Counted from the first letter of the stretch, positions 18,003 through 27,306 are shown. The stretch: DNA of 64,000 bases from an uncultured Gammaproteobacteria bacterium (GCA_964547465.1 CAZJNI010000001.1:24205-88204); one strand, 5' to 3'. The notes: a model not told the origin generated them from the sequence alone. Translations and numbers: made by a program.

Positions 18003-18316
18003 TCACCTCTAGCCCTTTTCTCTGCCCTAACCACTTCCACCTCCTCATCAATAATTTTATCTAATTCTACTGGGTCCATTTTAGGGATTCTAGCTCGTAT
18101 TTTATCAAGTTTTTTGAAACTTTTTTCCCATGCAGTCTTGCTTAACCTCTTCCTAGGATCCAAAAGCTTTTCGTATTCATCCAAACTGATAAGAACAGCT
18201 GCTTCCCGGTTGTACTTTTTAACCACTACCTTATCATTAGCATATGTTACGCGGTTGATAATATCAGCCAGGTTGGAACGAAGCTCATCAATGGAAACGA
18301 TATTATCGTTTAACAT
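17999..18316 (-). CDS. Antitoxin (Phd/YefM-like)
   Basis: IVSIDELRSNL...VVVKKYNREAAVLISLDEYEKL. Confidence 0.5.
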   Translation of the reverse strand: MLNDNIVSIDELRSNLADIINRVTYANDKVVVKKYNREAAVLISLDEYEKLLDPRKRLSKTAWEKSFKKLDKIRARIPKMDPVELDKIIDEEVEVVRAEKRARGE

Positions 18317-18403
18317 GTCTATACATTATAACAAATCTAGCAATTTGTCAAGTCTGCTACATTCGTCATGTTTTTCCCTTTCGACTTTGCTCAAGGTTAT
18401 TAA

Positions 18404-18441
18404 CTTCAGCATAGAATTTCCCAAAAAATCCTGACGGGATT
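18404..18441. repeat. Repeat B, copy 3 (partial)
   Basis: CTTCAGCATAGAATTTCCCAAAAAATCCTGACGGGATT. Confidence 0.75.
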
Positions 18442-18453
18442 AAGGGTAATCCT

Positions 18454-18903
18454 TTAGAAATCCTTTATATCTAATACTTTAATTTCATTATATAACTTGA
18501 AATCTTTGACATTCGCAGTAACTATTTGTTTAATTTGGTTTGACAACATGGTGGCCACAAGATATGCATCAAAAACTTGCCCGTTTTTAATCTTATTCTT
18601 GGTCATAAGCATGGATAATATCTTAATAGTTTCCTGATTAGGAATAACTACCTTAAAAGGTAATTTCAAATAATATTCAGATAGTTCTTGAGCTTTTAGC
18701 GATGAAAGTGGTTTAGCAACTCTTCTTTGATCTGTAATGATTGAATAAAATTCTAAAAGATTCTGTTGAGTCAAAATTCCTCTGAAGCGCCCTGCAATCA
18801 CTTCTTTGACTAAAGCTAAAGATTTTCTATGAAAAGGGCTATCCTGATTATGAGCATAGACTAAAATATTAGTATCAAAAAGCAACGGGTCAGATACTAT
18901 CAT
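18454..18903 (-). CDS. PIN-domain toxin
   Basis: LLFDTNILVYA... PIN-like N-terminus. Confidence 0.55.
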   Translation of the reverse strand: MIVSDPLLFDTNILVYAHNQDSPFHRKSLALVKEVIAGRFRGILTQQNLLEFYSIITDQRRVAKPLSSLKAQELSEYYLKLPFKVVIPNQETIKILSMLMTKNKIKNGQVFDAYLVATMLSNQIKQIVTANVKDFKLYNEIKVLDIKDF

Positions 18904-19111
18904 AGATTTGCACTCTTCTCATGTCACCTTTAATCTCACCCATGTTATAGACTTTTAAATTGTATTTAACACTCTTTCTTATTTGGGGTTTGCCAAGATA
19001 GCTTTCTAAAGCTTGATTAACTATATCTGCAAAAGCAATTCTTTCATCTATAGCTTTTTTGCGGGCCTCTTTAAATATATCTTCCTGCAGCCTTACTGTA
19101 GTACGGATCAT
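18890..19111 (-). CDS. Ribbon-helix-helix antitoxin
   Basis: 73-aa ORF overlapping the toxin start; RHH-like N-terminus. Confidence 0.45.
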   Translation of the reverse strand: MIRTTVRLQEDIFKEARKKAIDERIAFADIVNQALESYLGKPQIRKSVKYNLKVYNMGEIKGDMRRVQIYDSI

Positions 19112-19187
19112 AATAATGTCAGTTTAGCATCAAAACATCTTGATGTCAAGATGCATTATCTTAGCTAACCTTGTTAGCAATTAACAT

Positions 19188-20594
19188 TCAAGCAGCTTTT
19201 ACTAATTCTTGAGTTTCTTCTTTTTCTTCAGGATTATCTGCCTCAGCTGAGGTACCACAACCAAAAACATAACCGCATCCACATGAAGGTGTATAATCTC
19301 CCGCAGCTCTATTTGATTCATCTTCAAATCTTAAATTACAATCAGGACAATGGTAATGCCCATCCTTAGGCATTCCACAATCTCCACATACCCCACCCAA
19401 ACCCTCCCTACCTAAAGATATCCTTCCTAAACCTAAACTTATCCCTCTGAGTGATGCCATTGAACTTGAACCAGCACATCCTGCTCTGGTCCTTAAAAAA
19501 GCTGCAGCCATCATAAACTTATCCTGATCTCTAATTTGTTCTGAAACCCAACTGTTTTGAGGAGACAACCTATCAAAATATCTATTTGGTGTTTTTTGCA
19601 AATAATCAACTGTGATATTTAGTATTGTTTCCTCTATTATGCTGGCTATTTCAGCTTGGATAATTGAGTGATTTAAATTACTAAACTTTCTCCAAAGATT
19701 ATTTGTTAATTCTTTAATATGCTCTTCTATCTCCTTATTAAAATTCAGAAGCTGATTCATTCTTTGAATATCTGCTCTAGTTTGAGCTACTGATCTTATC
19801 TCTATAGTGCCGTCTTCCTGAACTAATCTAAAGTCAGCATCTCCTCTGATAGAGACAATTTTATCTAACACATATTCTGCAGGATTTTTTAAAGCTTGGG
19901 AGTAAGAAAAAAGAGCTGGGTTCCCAACAATATTAGATACTCTTTCTAACTGAGTCTGACCTGTTAATAAACCTTCAGATACACCAAGACTTTCTGAGAG
20001 TTCTTTTGATTGTCTTTCATCTAAATCTGAAACTAAAGTTAATCCATGCAACTCACCCTGCTGATCAGTCCAGAAAACCATGGTTTGGTTGTTTTTATAA
20101 GTAATTCCTGTTCCATCATTTTTGAAAAACCCGGAATGACCAAATGGACTATTAATAACAGCTATGCTATCAGCATTATTAGAAAGATATCCATCAACTT
20201 TTATTGAGGCCTGTTTAACCCCTCCTTGTCTCTCCTGATCAGTTATCCCATCTACCACCAATATTCCATTATTTCCCACCATTCTTCTGACCCCATTCAC
20301 TCTTTCTATTCTATTTTTATGCGGCAAAACAGTCTTTGACTGGATATATTCCAAAATATAACTTCTGATGTTGGTCTCCAGCTCTCCTAATGAAACTGCC
20401 CAAGCCTCTTCATTGTTTTTTCCTTCTCTTAGATTTTGATTGTAATTTTTAAATAAGCGTTTTATTTCTAAAGGCAGTATAAAACCTGTTCCTTGTAATC
20501 GAGATTGTTCACCTAGGTAAGGAGTTATTTGTACCTCTTGAGGCCTTTCAGTAGGGAAAATTCGGTTGTTTAATGGAAGTACTTCTAATGACAT
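19188..20594 (-). CDS. Hypothetical protein with C-terminal Cys-rich zinc-ribbon
   Basis: CGDCGMPKDGHYHCPDCN...CGCGYVFGCG; AGGAG Shine-Dalgarno 4 nt upstream of the ATG. Confidence 0.5.
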   Translation of the reverse strand: MSLEVLPLNNRIFPTERPQEVQITPYLGEQSRLQGTGFILPLEIKRLFKNYNQNLREGKNNEEAWAVSLGELETNIRSYILEYIQSKTVLPHKNRIERVNGVRRMVGNNGILVVDGITDQERQGGVKQASIKVDGYLSNNADSIAVINSPFGHSGFFKNDGTGITYKNNQTMVFWTDQQGELHGLTLVSDLDERQSKELSESLGVSEGLLTGQTQLERVSNIVGNPALFSYSQALKNPAEYVLDKIVSIRGDADFRLVQEDGTIEIRSVAQTRADIQRMNQLLNFNKEIEEHIKELTNNLWRKFSNLNHSIIQAEIASIIEETILNITVDYLQKTPNRYFDRLSPQNSWVSEQIRDQDKFMMAAAFLRTRAGCAGSSSMASLRGISLGLGRISLGREGLGGVCGDCGMPKDGHYHCPDCNLRFEDESNRAAGDYTPSCGCGYVFGCGTSAEADNPEEKEETQELVKAA

Positions 20595-20917
20595 ATGCTC
20601 CTGTTCACGGGACTAAAAATGTGGTCGGTCTCCTGACTTAAAGTTAGGTTGTAGGTGGTAGGTTTTAGGTTATAGCTCTCTTGCGATCACTACAACCTAC
20701 TCACTACTAGCTACCAACTAGCTAATCACAGTTGCGGCACAGCCCAGGATTTACACCTGGTTCCCATTGTTCCTTTCAGCCAAAGGCTGATGGTACACCA
20801 CACCTTTAAAATAACATCTCAAAACTCAAATGTCAAAACTCAAAACTATAACTCAAATGTTAAAACTTTTAAAGATTTTAGATTTAAGATATAGATTTGA
20901 CATTTGAGATCTAAGAT

Positions 20918-22057
20918 TTGAGATTAGTATGGATTTGTCCCATAATGATCTCTTTTGTGCTCCTTGCCATTATTTTTTTCACATTGTATATAGATAATAC
21001 CTATATGGAGCCACACCCTATTCCGCAAAATGTCACTACTTTTCAATTTCATCTGGTCGGGGATATGACTTTAAAGCAATTTATATATCTGGCCGCAGGC
21101 TCCGGTATTGCTTATATTCTCTTTGTCTTTTTTGCCCATGATTATCCTGCTGTTAGTTGGCCCTTGATTATAATATCCGCCCTTTCGGGGGTGGCTTTTG
21201 CTTTTTTACCTGTTAACTCAAGGCCGCTTGATTCCTGGGTTAAAGCATTTCTTAAGGCTATTTATTCCCCAACCAAAAGAGTTTGGAAGAAAAATAATAA
21301 ATCTTACAAAGAAGAGCCTACCTTCAGTAGCAGGTTTGTAGCATATCTTTCAGGGCTACAACCTACTCAACAAATTCAAGCTCCTATCATTATACCTGCA
21401 CCAATTTCTGTACAACCATCTCCACAACCAATTCCCCCAACTGAAACTAAAAAAGAGCCGGAAGACCTGCCTTCTCCGGAACAACTGCAAAAAACTGTGG
21501 ATCTGGCCCGTCAGGCTCAAAGTTTACAAATGAGGATAGTCCAGACAGAAAGGGCTCTAAGCCAGGTTAAGTCAACAGCTCAAAATCAAACCCAAATTCC
21601 GGCTGATTATACCCAGCAGGTAAATAAGATTTTGACTGATTTACAAACTTTAGTTACTCAAGCTTCTCAAATTAAACAACAAATTGAAGCAGTTAATCAA
21701 CCGGAAAGTCCAAAAATAGCACCAATTCCCCTGGTAAAGCCTAAGGTAAAAGTAGTTGTCTCAAATAAACCAAGGCTAACCCAGGTAGCTCTGACTTCTT
21801 TCCCAAATGTAATAAATGGCATAATTAGACAGTCAAATGGAAATTACCTGGAGGGAGCGGTGGTAGTTATTTACGATAAAGAAGGACTACCGGTACGTGC
21901 GCTTAAAACAAACAAACTGGGACAATTCAGCGGTGCTACTCCACTACCTAATGGTACATATACAGTTGAATTGGAAAAAGAAGGTTTTAGCTTTGATGTA
22001 TTACAGGTTGATTTAGTAGGGGCACTGCTGCCACCTTTAATGATTACAGCAAAATGA
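20918..22057 (+). CDS. Membrane protein (2-3 N-terminal transmembrane segments, coiled coil, C-terminal beta-sandwich); candidate VirB3/PrgI-like T4SS component
   Basis: Position immediately upstream of VirB4. The listed start is TTG; the probable true start is the ATG at 20948 (MISFVLLAIIFF...). Confidence 0.35.
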   Translation: MRLVWICPIMISFVLLAIIFFTLYIDNTYMEPHPIPQNVTTFQFHLVGDMTLKQFIYLAAGSGIAYILFVFFAHDYPAVSWPLIIISALSGVAFAFLPVNSRPLDSWVKAFLKAIYSPTKRVWKKNNKSYKEEPTFSSRFVAYLSGLQPTQQIQAPIIIPAPISVQPSPQPIPPTETKKEPEDLPSPEQLQKTVDLARQAQSLQMRIVQTERALSQVKSTAQNQTQIPADYTQQVNKILTDLQTLVTQASQIKQQIEAVNQPESPKIAPIPLVKPKVKVVVSNKPRLTQVALTSFPNVINGIIRQSNGNYLEGAVVVIYDKEGLPVRALKTNKLGQFSGATPLPNGTYTVELEKEGFSFDVLQVDLVGALLPPLMITAK

Positions 22058-22806
22058 ATACAACACAAAAACATTTATCAATTGCTGATATAACAGATAA
22101 TATCCTGCTGCTTAGGGACGGCGGCGGGGCACTAGTTCTGCAGGTCTCTGCTGTTAATTTTGGGTTATTATCAGAGCGGGAGCAAATAGCTATTATTTCC
22201 AGCTTTGCCCAGATGTTAAATTCTCTTTCTTTCTCTATTCAGATCCTCGTTTTTTCAGAGAGACTAAATATTAATTCTTACCTTAGTCTTTTGGATAAAG
22301 CACAAAGTTTGCAAACTAATCCCCTGCTTTCTAAATTAATCGTTAATTATAAGCAGTTTGTCCAGTCAACCATTAAAGAAAACGAAGTTTTAGATAAAAA
22401 ATTCTATATAGTCATACCTTTATACAAAATAGAACTTGGTTTAACAACCTCAAAAGAGGTTTTGCAACAAAAGATAAAAACAGTACTTTTGCCAAGAAGT
22501 GACCAGATTGCGAGACAACTGGCCAGAGTCGGCCTTAAAACTACCCAGCTTAATACAAAAGAGCTTCTGGAATTATTTTATGATATTTATAATGGCCAGT
22601 TTGTGGAGAATGTAGTACCAAAGCCAATTAACCCGGGTGAGATTACTGTAGCGCTAAATCAACCTGAAGTAAAACTTACAACCGAAACATTTAAAACACC
22701 CATTATGGCGCAACCTGCGAAAGTTACCCCACAGCCAAATTTAGTAAGTAGCCAGCCTGTCAGAACTCACCCATTTGTGGTGGAAGAATTGGATGAAAAC
22801 GTATGA
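22054..22806 (+). CDS. VirB4/TrbE N-terminal domain as a separate ORF
   Basis: LLLRDGGGALVLQVSAVNFGLLSEREQ resembles the VirB4 N-terminal domain. Its stop overlaps the next gene start by 4 nt (ATGA). Confidence 0.5.
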   Translation: MNTTQKHLSIADITDNILLLRDGGGALVLQVSAVNFGLLSEREQIAIISSFAQMLNSLSFSIQILVFSERLNINSYLSLLDKAQSLQTNPLLSKLIVNYKQFVQSTIKENEVLDKKFYIVIPLYKIELGLTTSKEVLQQKIKTVLLPRSDQIARQLARVGLKTTQLNTKELLELFYDIYNGQFVENVVPKPINPGEITVALNQPEVKLTTETFKTPIMAQPAKVTPQPNLVSSQPVRTHPFVVEELDENV

Positions 22807-24557
22807 AATTAAGTTTATTTAAAAAATCTAAACCTGAAGAATCAACTGTTCCTCAACTAACCATTGAGGATGTAATTGCTCCCGGGGAATTGGAGGTTGA
22901 TTTTAACCATTTAAGAATAGACAACCGCTTTTTTAGAACCTATTTTGTGTCAAATTATCCCAGGTTTGTTGAGCCTAACTGGCTTGAGCCGGTGATTTCT
23001 TTTGACCATTCTCTTTTAATTTCTATGTTTATATATCCTTCCCAATCTGCCGGGGTTTTGGATGAGTTAAAAAGAAAAATTGCCGAAATGGAAGCAACTA
23101 TCCAGACAGACTTTGAAAGAGGCAGGGCAATTGATCCGGCTGTTGAAGTTGCCCTGGAGGATGCCAAAGGACTGCAAGAACAGTTAGTTAAAGGTGTGGA
23201 GAGATTTTTTCAATTTGCTCTTTATATTACAGTTCCTGCTCAAAGCATGGAAGAGCTAAATAATACCTCCAAGCTGATTGAATCTACTTTGGCCTCACTT
23301 TCCATGACTGCCAAAGCTGCCACTTTGCAAATGGAAGACGGTTTTAAATCAACTCTTCCTCAAGGAACAGATCTTTTGAATTTAAATCACAATATGGATA
23401 CCACATCGCTAGCTACTACTTTTCCTTTTGCCTCATCTGAACTAACTGCTAATGAAGGCATCATGTATGGAATCAATGAACACAATGATTCTTTAATTTT
23501 ATTTGACAGGTTCAGTTTAGAGAACGCGAATTCGGTGGTATTTGCCAAAAGCGGAGCTGGCAAGAGCTATTTGGTCAAACTTGAGGCTTTACGTTCTTTG
23601 ATGTTTGGGACAGAAATTATTGTGATAGATCCTGAACAGGAATACCTGCCTTTAACTCAAGCTGTGGGAGGAGAGTTTATTAACTTTTCCGCCTCATCTC
23701 CAATTAAAATAAACCCGTTTGATTTAAACACCAAACTCTCACCCGGAGAAAATGAACTGGGCAGAAAAATTTTATCCTTAACTACTTTTTTAAAGCTGGT
23801 TTTAGGAAATTTGTCTGCCAACGAGGCTGCAATCTTGGATAGATCCTTAAAACAAACATATGCCTTAAAGGGCATAAACGATGATCCTAAAACTCAAGGT
23901 AGGACTCCGCCTTTAATGGAAGATCTGTATAAAGTATTAATCGGCATGGAAGAACCCTCGGCCCTGGAGCTGGCAGCCAGACTGGAAAGATTTGTCAAGG
24001 GTTCTTTGACTGGAATTTTTTCTGCCTATTCAAATGTAGAAATCTCTAATGCCTTTACTGTTTTTTCTGTGCGGGATTTGCCGGACCAACTGCGGCCTTT
24101 AGCCATCCATATGATTTTAGACTATGTCTGGACCAAGATCAGAAGCAGGCTGAAAAAAAGGATTTTAATTGTGGATGAAGCCTGGTATTTAATGAGAAAT
24201 CCTGATTCTGCTGATTTTTTGGTGGATATGGCCAAAAGAGCGCGCAAATATTATTTAGGCCTGACTACCATCACTCAAGATGTGGAGGATTTCCTGACAA
24301 CAGAGCGGGGCAAAGAAATAATTTCTAACTCCTCCATCCAGACTCTTTTAAAACAGGCTCCTGCCTCAATTGATCTTTTGGCGCAAGTTTTTAACCTTTC
24401 TGAAGGGGAGCAAAGATTGCTTTTGTCAGAAGGAGTTGGAGAAGGATTATTTTTTGCCGGCAATACTCATGTTGCCATGAAAGTGGTGGCCTCCCCACAG
24501 GAACATCAACTAATCACCTCAAATCCTAAGGAATTATTGGCCAGGGAAAGTGTTTGA
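22803..24557 (+). CDS. virB4: VirB4/TrbE/TraC-family T4SS ATPase (C-terminal ATPase portion)
   Basis: Walker A FAKSGAGKS, Walker B ILIVDEAW, TTITQD sensor-like motif. Confidence 0.8.
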   Translation: MKLSLFKKSKPEESTVPQLTIEDVIAPGELEVDFNHLRIDNRFFRTYFVSNYPRFVEPNWLEPVISFDHSLLISMFIYPSQSAGVLDELKRKIAEMEATIQTDFERGRAIDPAVEVALEDAKGLQEQLVKGVERFFQFALYITVPAQSMEELNNTSKLIESTLASLSMTAKAATLQMEDGFKSTLPQGTDLLNLNHNMDTTSLATTFPFASSELTANEGIMYGINEHNDSLILFDRFSLENANSVVFAKSGAGKSYLVKLEALRSLMFGTEIIVIDPEQEYLPLTQAVGGEFINFSASSPIKINPFDLNTKLSPGENELGRKILSLTTFLKLVLGNLSANEAAILDRSLKQTYALKGINDDPKTQGRTPPLMEDLYKVLIGMEEPSALELAARLERFVKGSLTGIFSAYSNVEISNAFTVFSVRDLPDQLRPLAIHMILDYVWTKIRSRLKKRILIVDEAWYLMRNPDSADFLVDMAKRARKYYLGLTTITQDVEDFLTTERGKEIISNSSIQTLLKQAPASIDLLAQVFNLSEGEQRLLLSEGVGEGLFFAGNTHVAMKVVASPQEHQLITSNPKELLARESV

Positions 24558-24572
24558 TGATACACTTAAGTC

Positions 24573-26858
24573 ATGGTAAAAGTAGCAACAAAGTTAACAC
24601 TATCAATAATAGATTTGACCAGAGCTTTAGTTGCCAAAAAAACCCCTGGATATGCCAATGCAGATAAATGGGGTATTTACAGTTACGAGGATGTTATCTA
24701 CCCACAAGCCCGATTAGCTTTTCCCACATATAACAAGCTCTATGACAGTAATGCAGAATTTACCAATTATTTTGTTCGTGATCTTAATAAAAAAGATAGC
24801 CAACTGGTTAAAATTATTGGAGAAAAAAATGTTGAGAAAATCTTAATTGGAGTTTCGGAAACAGAGGGAGAAGTATACGGAGAAGCTGTTCCGGAACAAA
24901 CAGCAGGAGCTGCAGCTTTGGATCAGGGAGTTAGCGGGGAGTCTCCTTCTACAATGGCTGGGGGGATACCTTTTGGCGGAGGAATTTCCGGCACTGCCCC
25001 TGCCCGAAGGATAATCCGTATTATCCCTCACGCACAAGAAGCAGCTAAATCAGATCTGGTTGTTGCAAATAAAAGTGGGGTAGTTAGAGAAGCCGGAGAC
25101 CCGTCAAAATTAGTTAAAACAACCCGCAGTGGAGCAATTATAGAACCCGGGCAACGATCAACATTAGTAACTGCAAACAGTAGCGGGGTAGTCAGGGAAG
25201 CACCACCATCAAAAATATTCATTGCTAACAAGAGTGGTGTGGTTACAGGGGTACGTAATATAAAATCTCCCAGCTGGTTAAAAACTTTTGGGTCTAATGC
25301 ACAAATATTCGCCAAAAAAAACTTAGGAAGAATAGGTAGTGGTCTTGGAGAAATGCTGGGGGGGATAGGCAGGGGGATTGGCGGTCCTGCGCTTAATGGC
25401 TTGTATAATCTCTCGGGAAAGGCAGGGGGTGGTGTTCTTAGTACTGTTGGAAGACTCCCAGGCTTCTCAGGTCCTAAACCTGGTGGCTTTAGCTTATCGA
25501 AGGGTCTTGGTGCGGGAAGGCAGGTAGCACTGGTATCTTTAGCTTTTATCTTACTTTTCGGATTCATTACTTTTTCAGCAGTTTCGCAATCTCCAACCTC
25601 CACAGAAGCCAGCCCGCAAACTCCTGGTTTTATTGGTACATTAGCTCCTCCTCCCAGTCCGGATTATCAAATATTACACGATGATATTTTAAAACAGTTT
25701 GGCGTTGATTTTGACCTACAAAACCCATTTCCCTATGATTATTTAACATATGCTTGGGAAAAGCTCTGGAATGTTTCCAATACAAAGTTTTTAGAACTGG
25801 TCCGTGGAGCGGATAAAAATAAAATCATAACTGTAAAACGGGAGGACAAAGGCTTTAATGAACAGAGAGGCTGTCTTTCTATAATCATGAGCGGTATAAG
25901 CTCGGTCGATCAAAAACCCTACCCAAAAAGTTTATTCCAGGTGGTTTTTATCCACGAGCTAACTCATGTAATACAAAGCTGCAATCCAAATGCTGTAAAT
26001 TTCACTGCGCTGGATGCTGCTCTAAAGCAAGAGGGGGGGATAAGCACTTTTTCACAAGACCCAACCAAGTGTATTAGTGGCGTAACCCAATTAAATGAAG
26101 ACTTCGCAGAAACTCTGGCATATTATTTAAACCAGGAGTGGGGGGAACAGTCTTATTTTAGCACATGCCCGCCAAAAGACAGTACCAATCCAATTTTGAG
26201 AGGAGATAAACCCCTGCACCAACAATTTGTAGCATCTTTACTTGGAGTAACTGCGCTAATCCCTCAAACAATACAATCAGGTAATCTCCCTAAATTCAGT
26301 TGCCCTGTAATAGGAGATGGGGAATCATGGTATGGTTCCTTCCAGGCAGATCCAAAAGATGGCCACTGTGGCTCAAACTATAATCAAAGACTAAAAACCT
26401 CTGATCCAAATTATGTTGCGTGTAGTGGAGATAGTCGGCGGGGTAAGTCCATGGATAGAAAAACAGGCGGTGCCAACGGAGATAATATAGTACTCCCCAT
26501 GATCGATAACAAAATAGTTGAATGGCAACTCATTAATCAATTTGACCTTTCAGCCAATGATTGTTTTGCGGAAGAAATTATTAATCCAGACGGCTTAAAC
26601 GGTGGCTGCGGCAAGGGTTATGTTTTCCAAACCCCGCCTGTTGCAAAACAAGTTAACGGGCAAAACTGGATATTACATTTACTTCACATGGGCCCAACCA
26701 GTTTTAATTTAAACCAAATATATACATCGGGTGAAACTGTAGGTAAAACCGAAGCCATTCATGTGCATATTTCCTTAGGTCAAAATATTTCTAATTCCTT
26801 GAGTCAAACTGAACCAGGATGGAAATCTGTTGATACAGAATTAAAATTATGTCAATAA
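24573..26858 (+). CDS. Membrane-anchored protein with HExxH (HELTH) zinc-peptidase motif and Cys-rich C-terminus
   Basis: Central transmembrane segment (ALVSLAFILLFGFITF); FIHELTHVIQ; Gly-rich repeats. Confidence 0.45.
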   Translation: MVKVATKLTLSIIDLTRALVAKKTPGYANADKWGIYSYEDVIYPQARLAFPTYNKLYDSNAEFTNYFVRDLNKKDSQLVKIIGEKNVEKILIGVSETEGEVYGEAVPEQTAGAAALDQGVSGESPSTMAGGIPFGGGISGTAPARRIIRIIPHAQEAAKSDLVVANKSGVVREAGDPSKLVKTTRSGAIIEPGQRSTLVTANSSGVVREAPPSKIFIANKSGVVTGVRNIKSPSWLKTFGSNAQIFAKKNLGRIGSGLGEMLGGIGRGIGGPALNGLYNLSGKAGGGVLSTVGRLPGFSGPKPGGFSLSKGLGAGRQVALVSLAFILLFGFITFSAVSQSPTSTEASPQTPGFIGTLAPPPSPDYQILHDDILKQFGVDFDLQNPFPYDYLTYAWEKLWNVSNTKFLELVRGADKNKIITVKREDKGFNEQRGCLSIIMSGISSVDQKPYPKSLFQVVFIHELTHVIQSCNPNAVNFTALDAALKQEGGISTFSQDPTKCISGVTQLNEDFAETLAYYLNQEWGEQSYFSTCPPKDSTNPILRGDKPLHQQFVASLLGVTALIPQTIQSGNLPKFSCPVIGDGESWYGSFQADPKDGHCGSNYNQRLKTSDPNYVACSGDSRRGKSMDRKTGGANGDNIVLPMIDNKIVEWQLINQFDLSANDCFAEEIINPDGLNGGCGKGYVFQTPPVAKQVNGQNWILHLLHMGPTSFNLNQIYTSGETVGKTEAIHVHISLGQNISNSLSQTEPGWKSVDTELKLCQ

Positions 26859-27292
26859 AAAAATCCGCTTTAGGTTTTGTAATTATTATTACGCTTCTAA
26901 TTACGTTCTGGGGAATAAAAAGTAGTATAACCCAATCCATTCCCCCTCCTCAATCTGATCCGGTTTCAAAAACTGACAAGCCGACTATTGTTTCCACCAA
27001 GCCTGATCCGCTGGAAGGAGCTGTTGTACCTGCAACTGCAACCATTGAAATTACATTTAACAGACAACTGGAAAATGCCCACGAAACCAAAATCAGGTTT
27101 GATCCTGAAATTCCTTACAAGATTGTTCTATCAGAGGACGGGAAAACTGCCAGAATTACTGCTGATGAACCATTTGAGCTGGGCTTAACTTATACCCTAT
27201 TTATAATCGGGGAAACTAAATTTAAAGGCCTTGGGCAATGGAATGAGGAAAAAATATTCCACTTCCAAACCATTAAATATAGAGGCGTTTAA
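26849..27292 (+). CDS. Small membrane-anchored Ig-like (SbsA_Ig-like) protein
   Basis: N-terminal transmembrane segment followed by a beta-rich about 100-aa domain. Confidence 0.35.
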   Translation: MSIKKSALGFVIIITLLITFWGIKSSITQSIPPPQSDPVSKTDKPTIVSTKPDPLEGAVVPATATIEITFNRQLENAHETKIRFDPEIPYKIVLSEDGKTARITADEPFELGLTYTLFIIGETKFKGLGQWNEEKIFHFQTIKYRGV

Positions 27293-27306
27293 GTAAAAAG
27301 GGGCGT

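Noticed and set aside
14520-18445. Considered whether the recurring repeats A and B represent a CRISPR array.
   Set aside because: Repeat spacing is 0.8-1.5 kb and irregular. The intervals contain full TA genes. There are two distinct repeat types, and no cas genes are adjacent.
25028-25603. 191-aa minus-strand ORF rich in Pro.
   Set aside because: Antisense to the Gly-rich segment of the 24573 gene; a compositional artefact.
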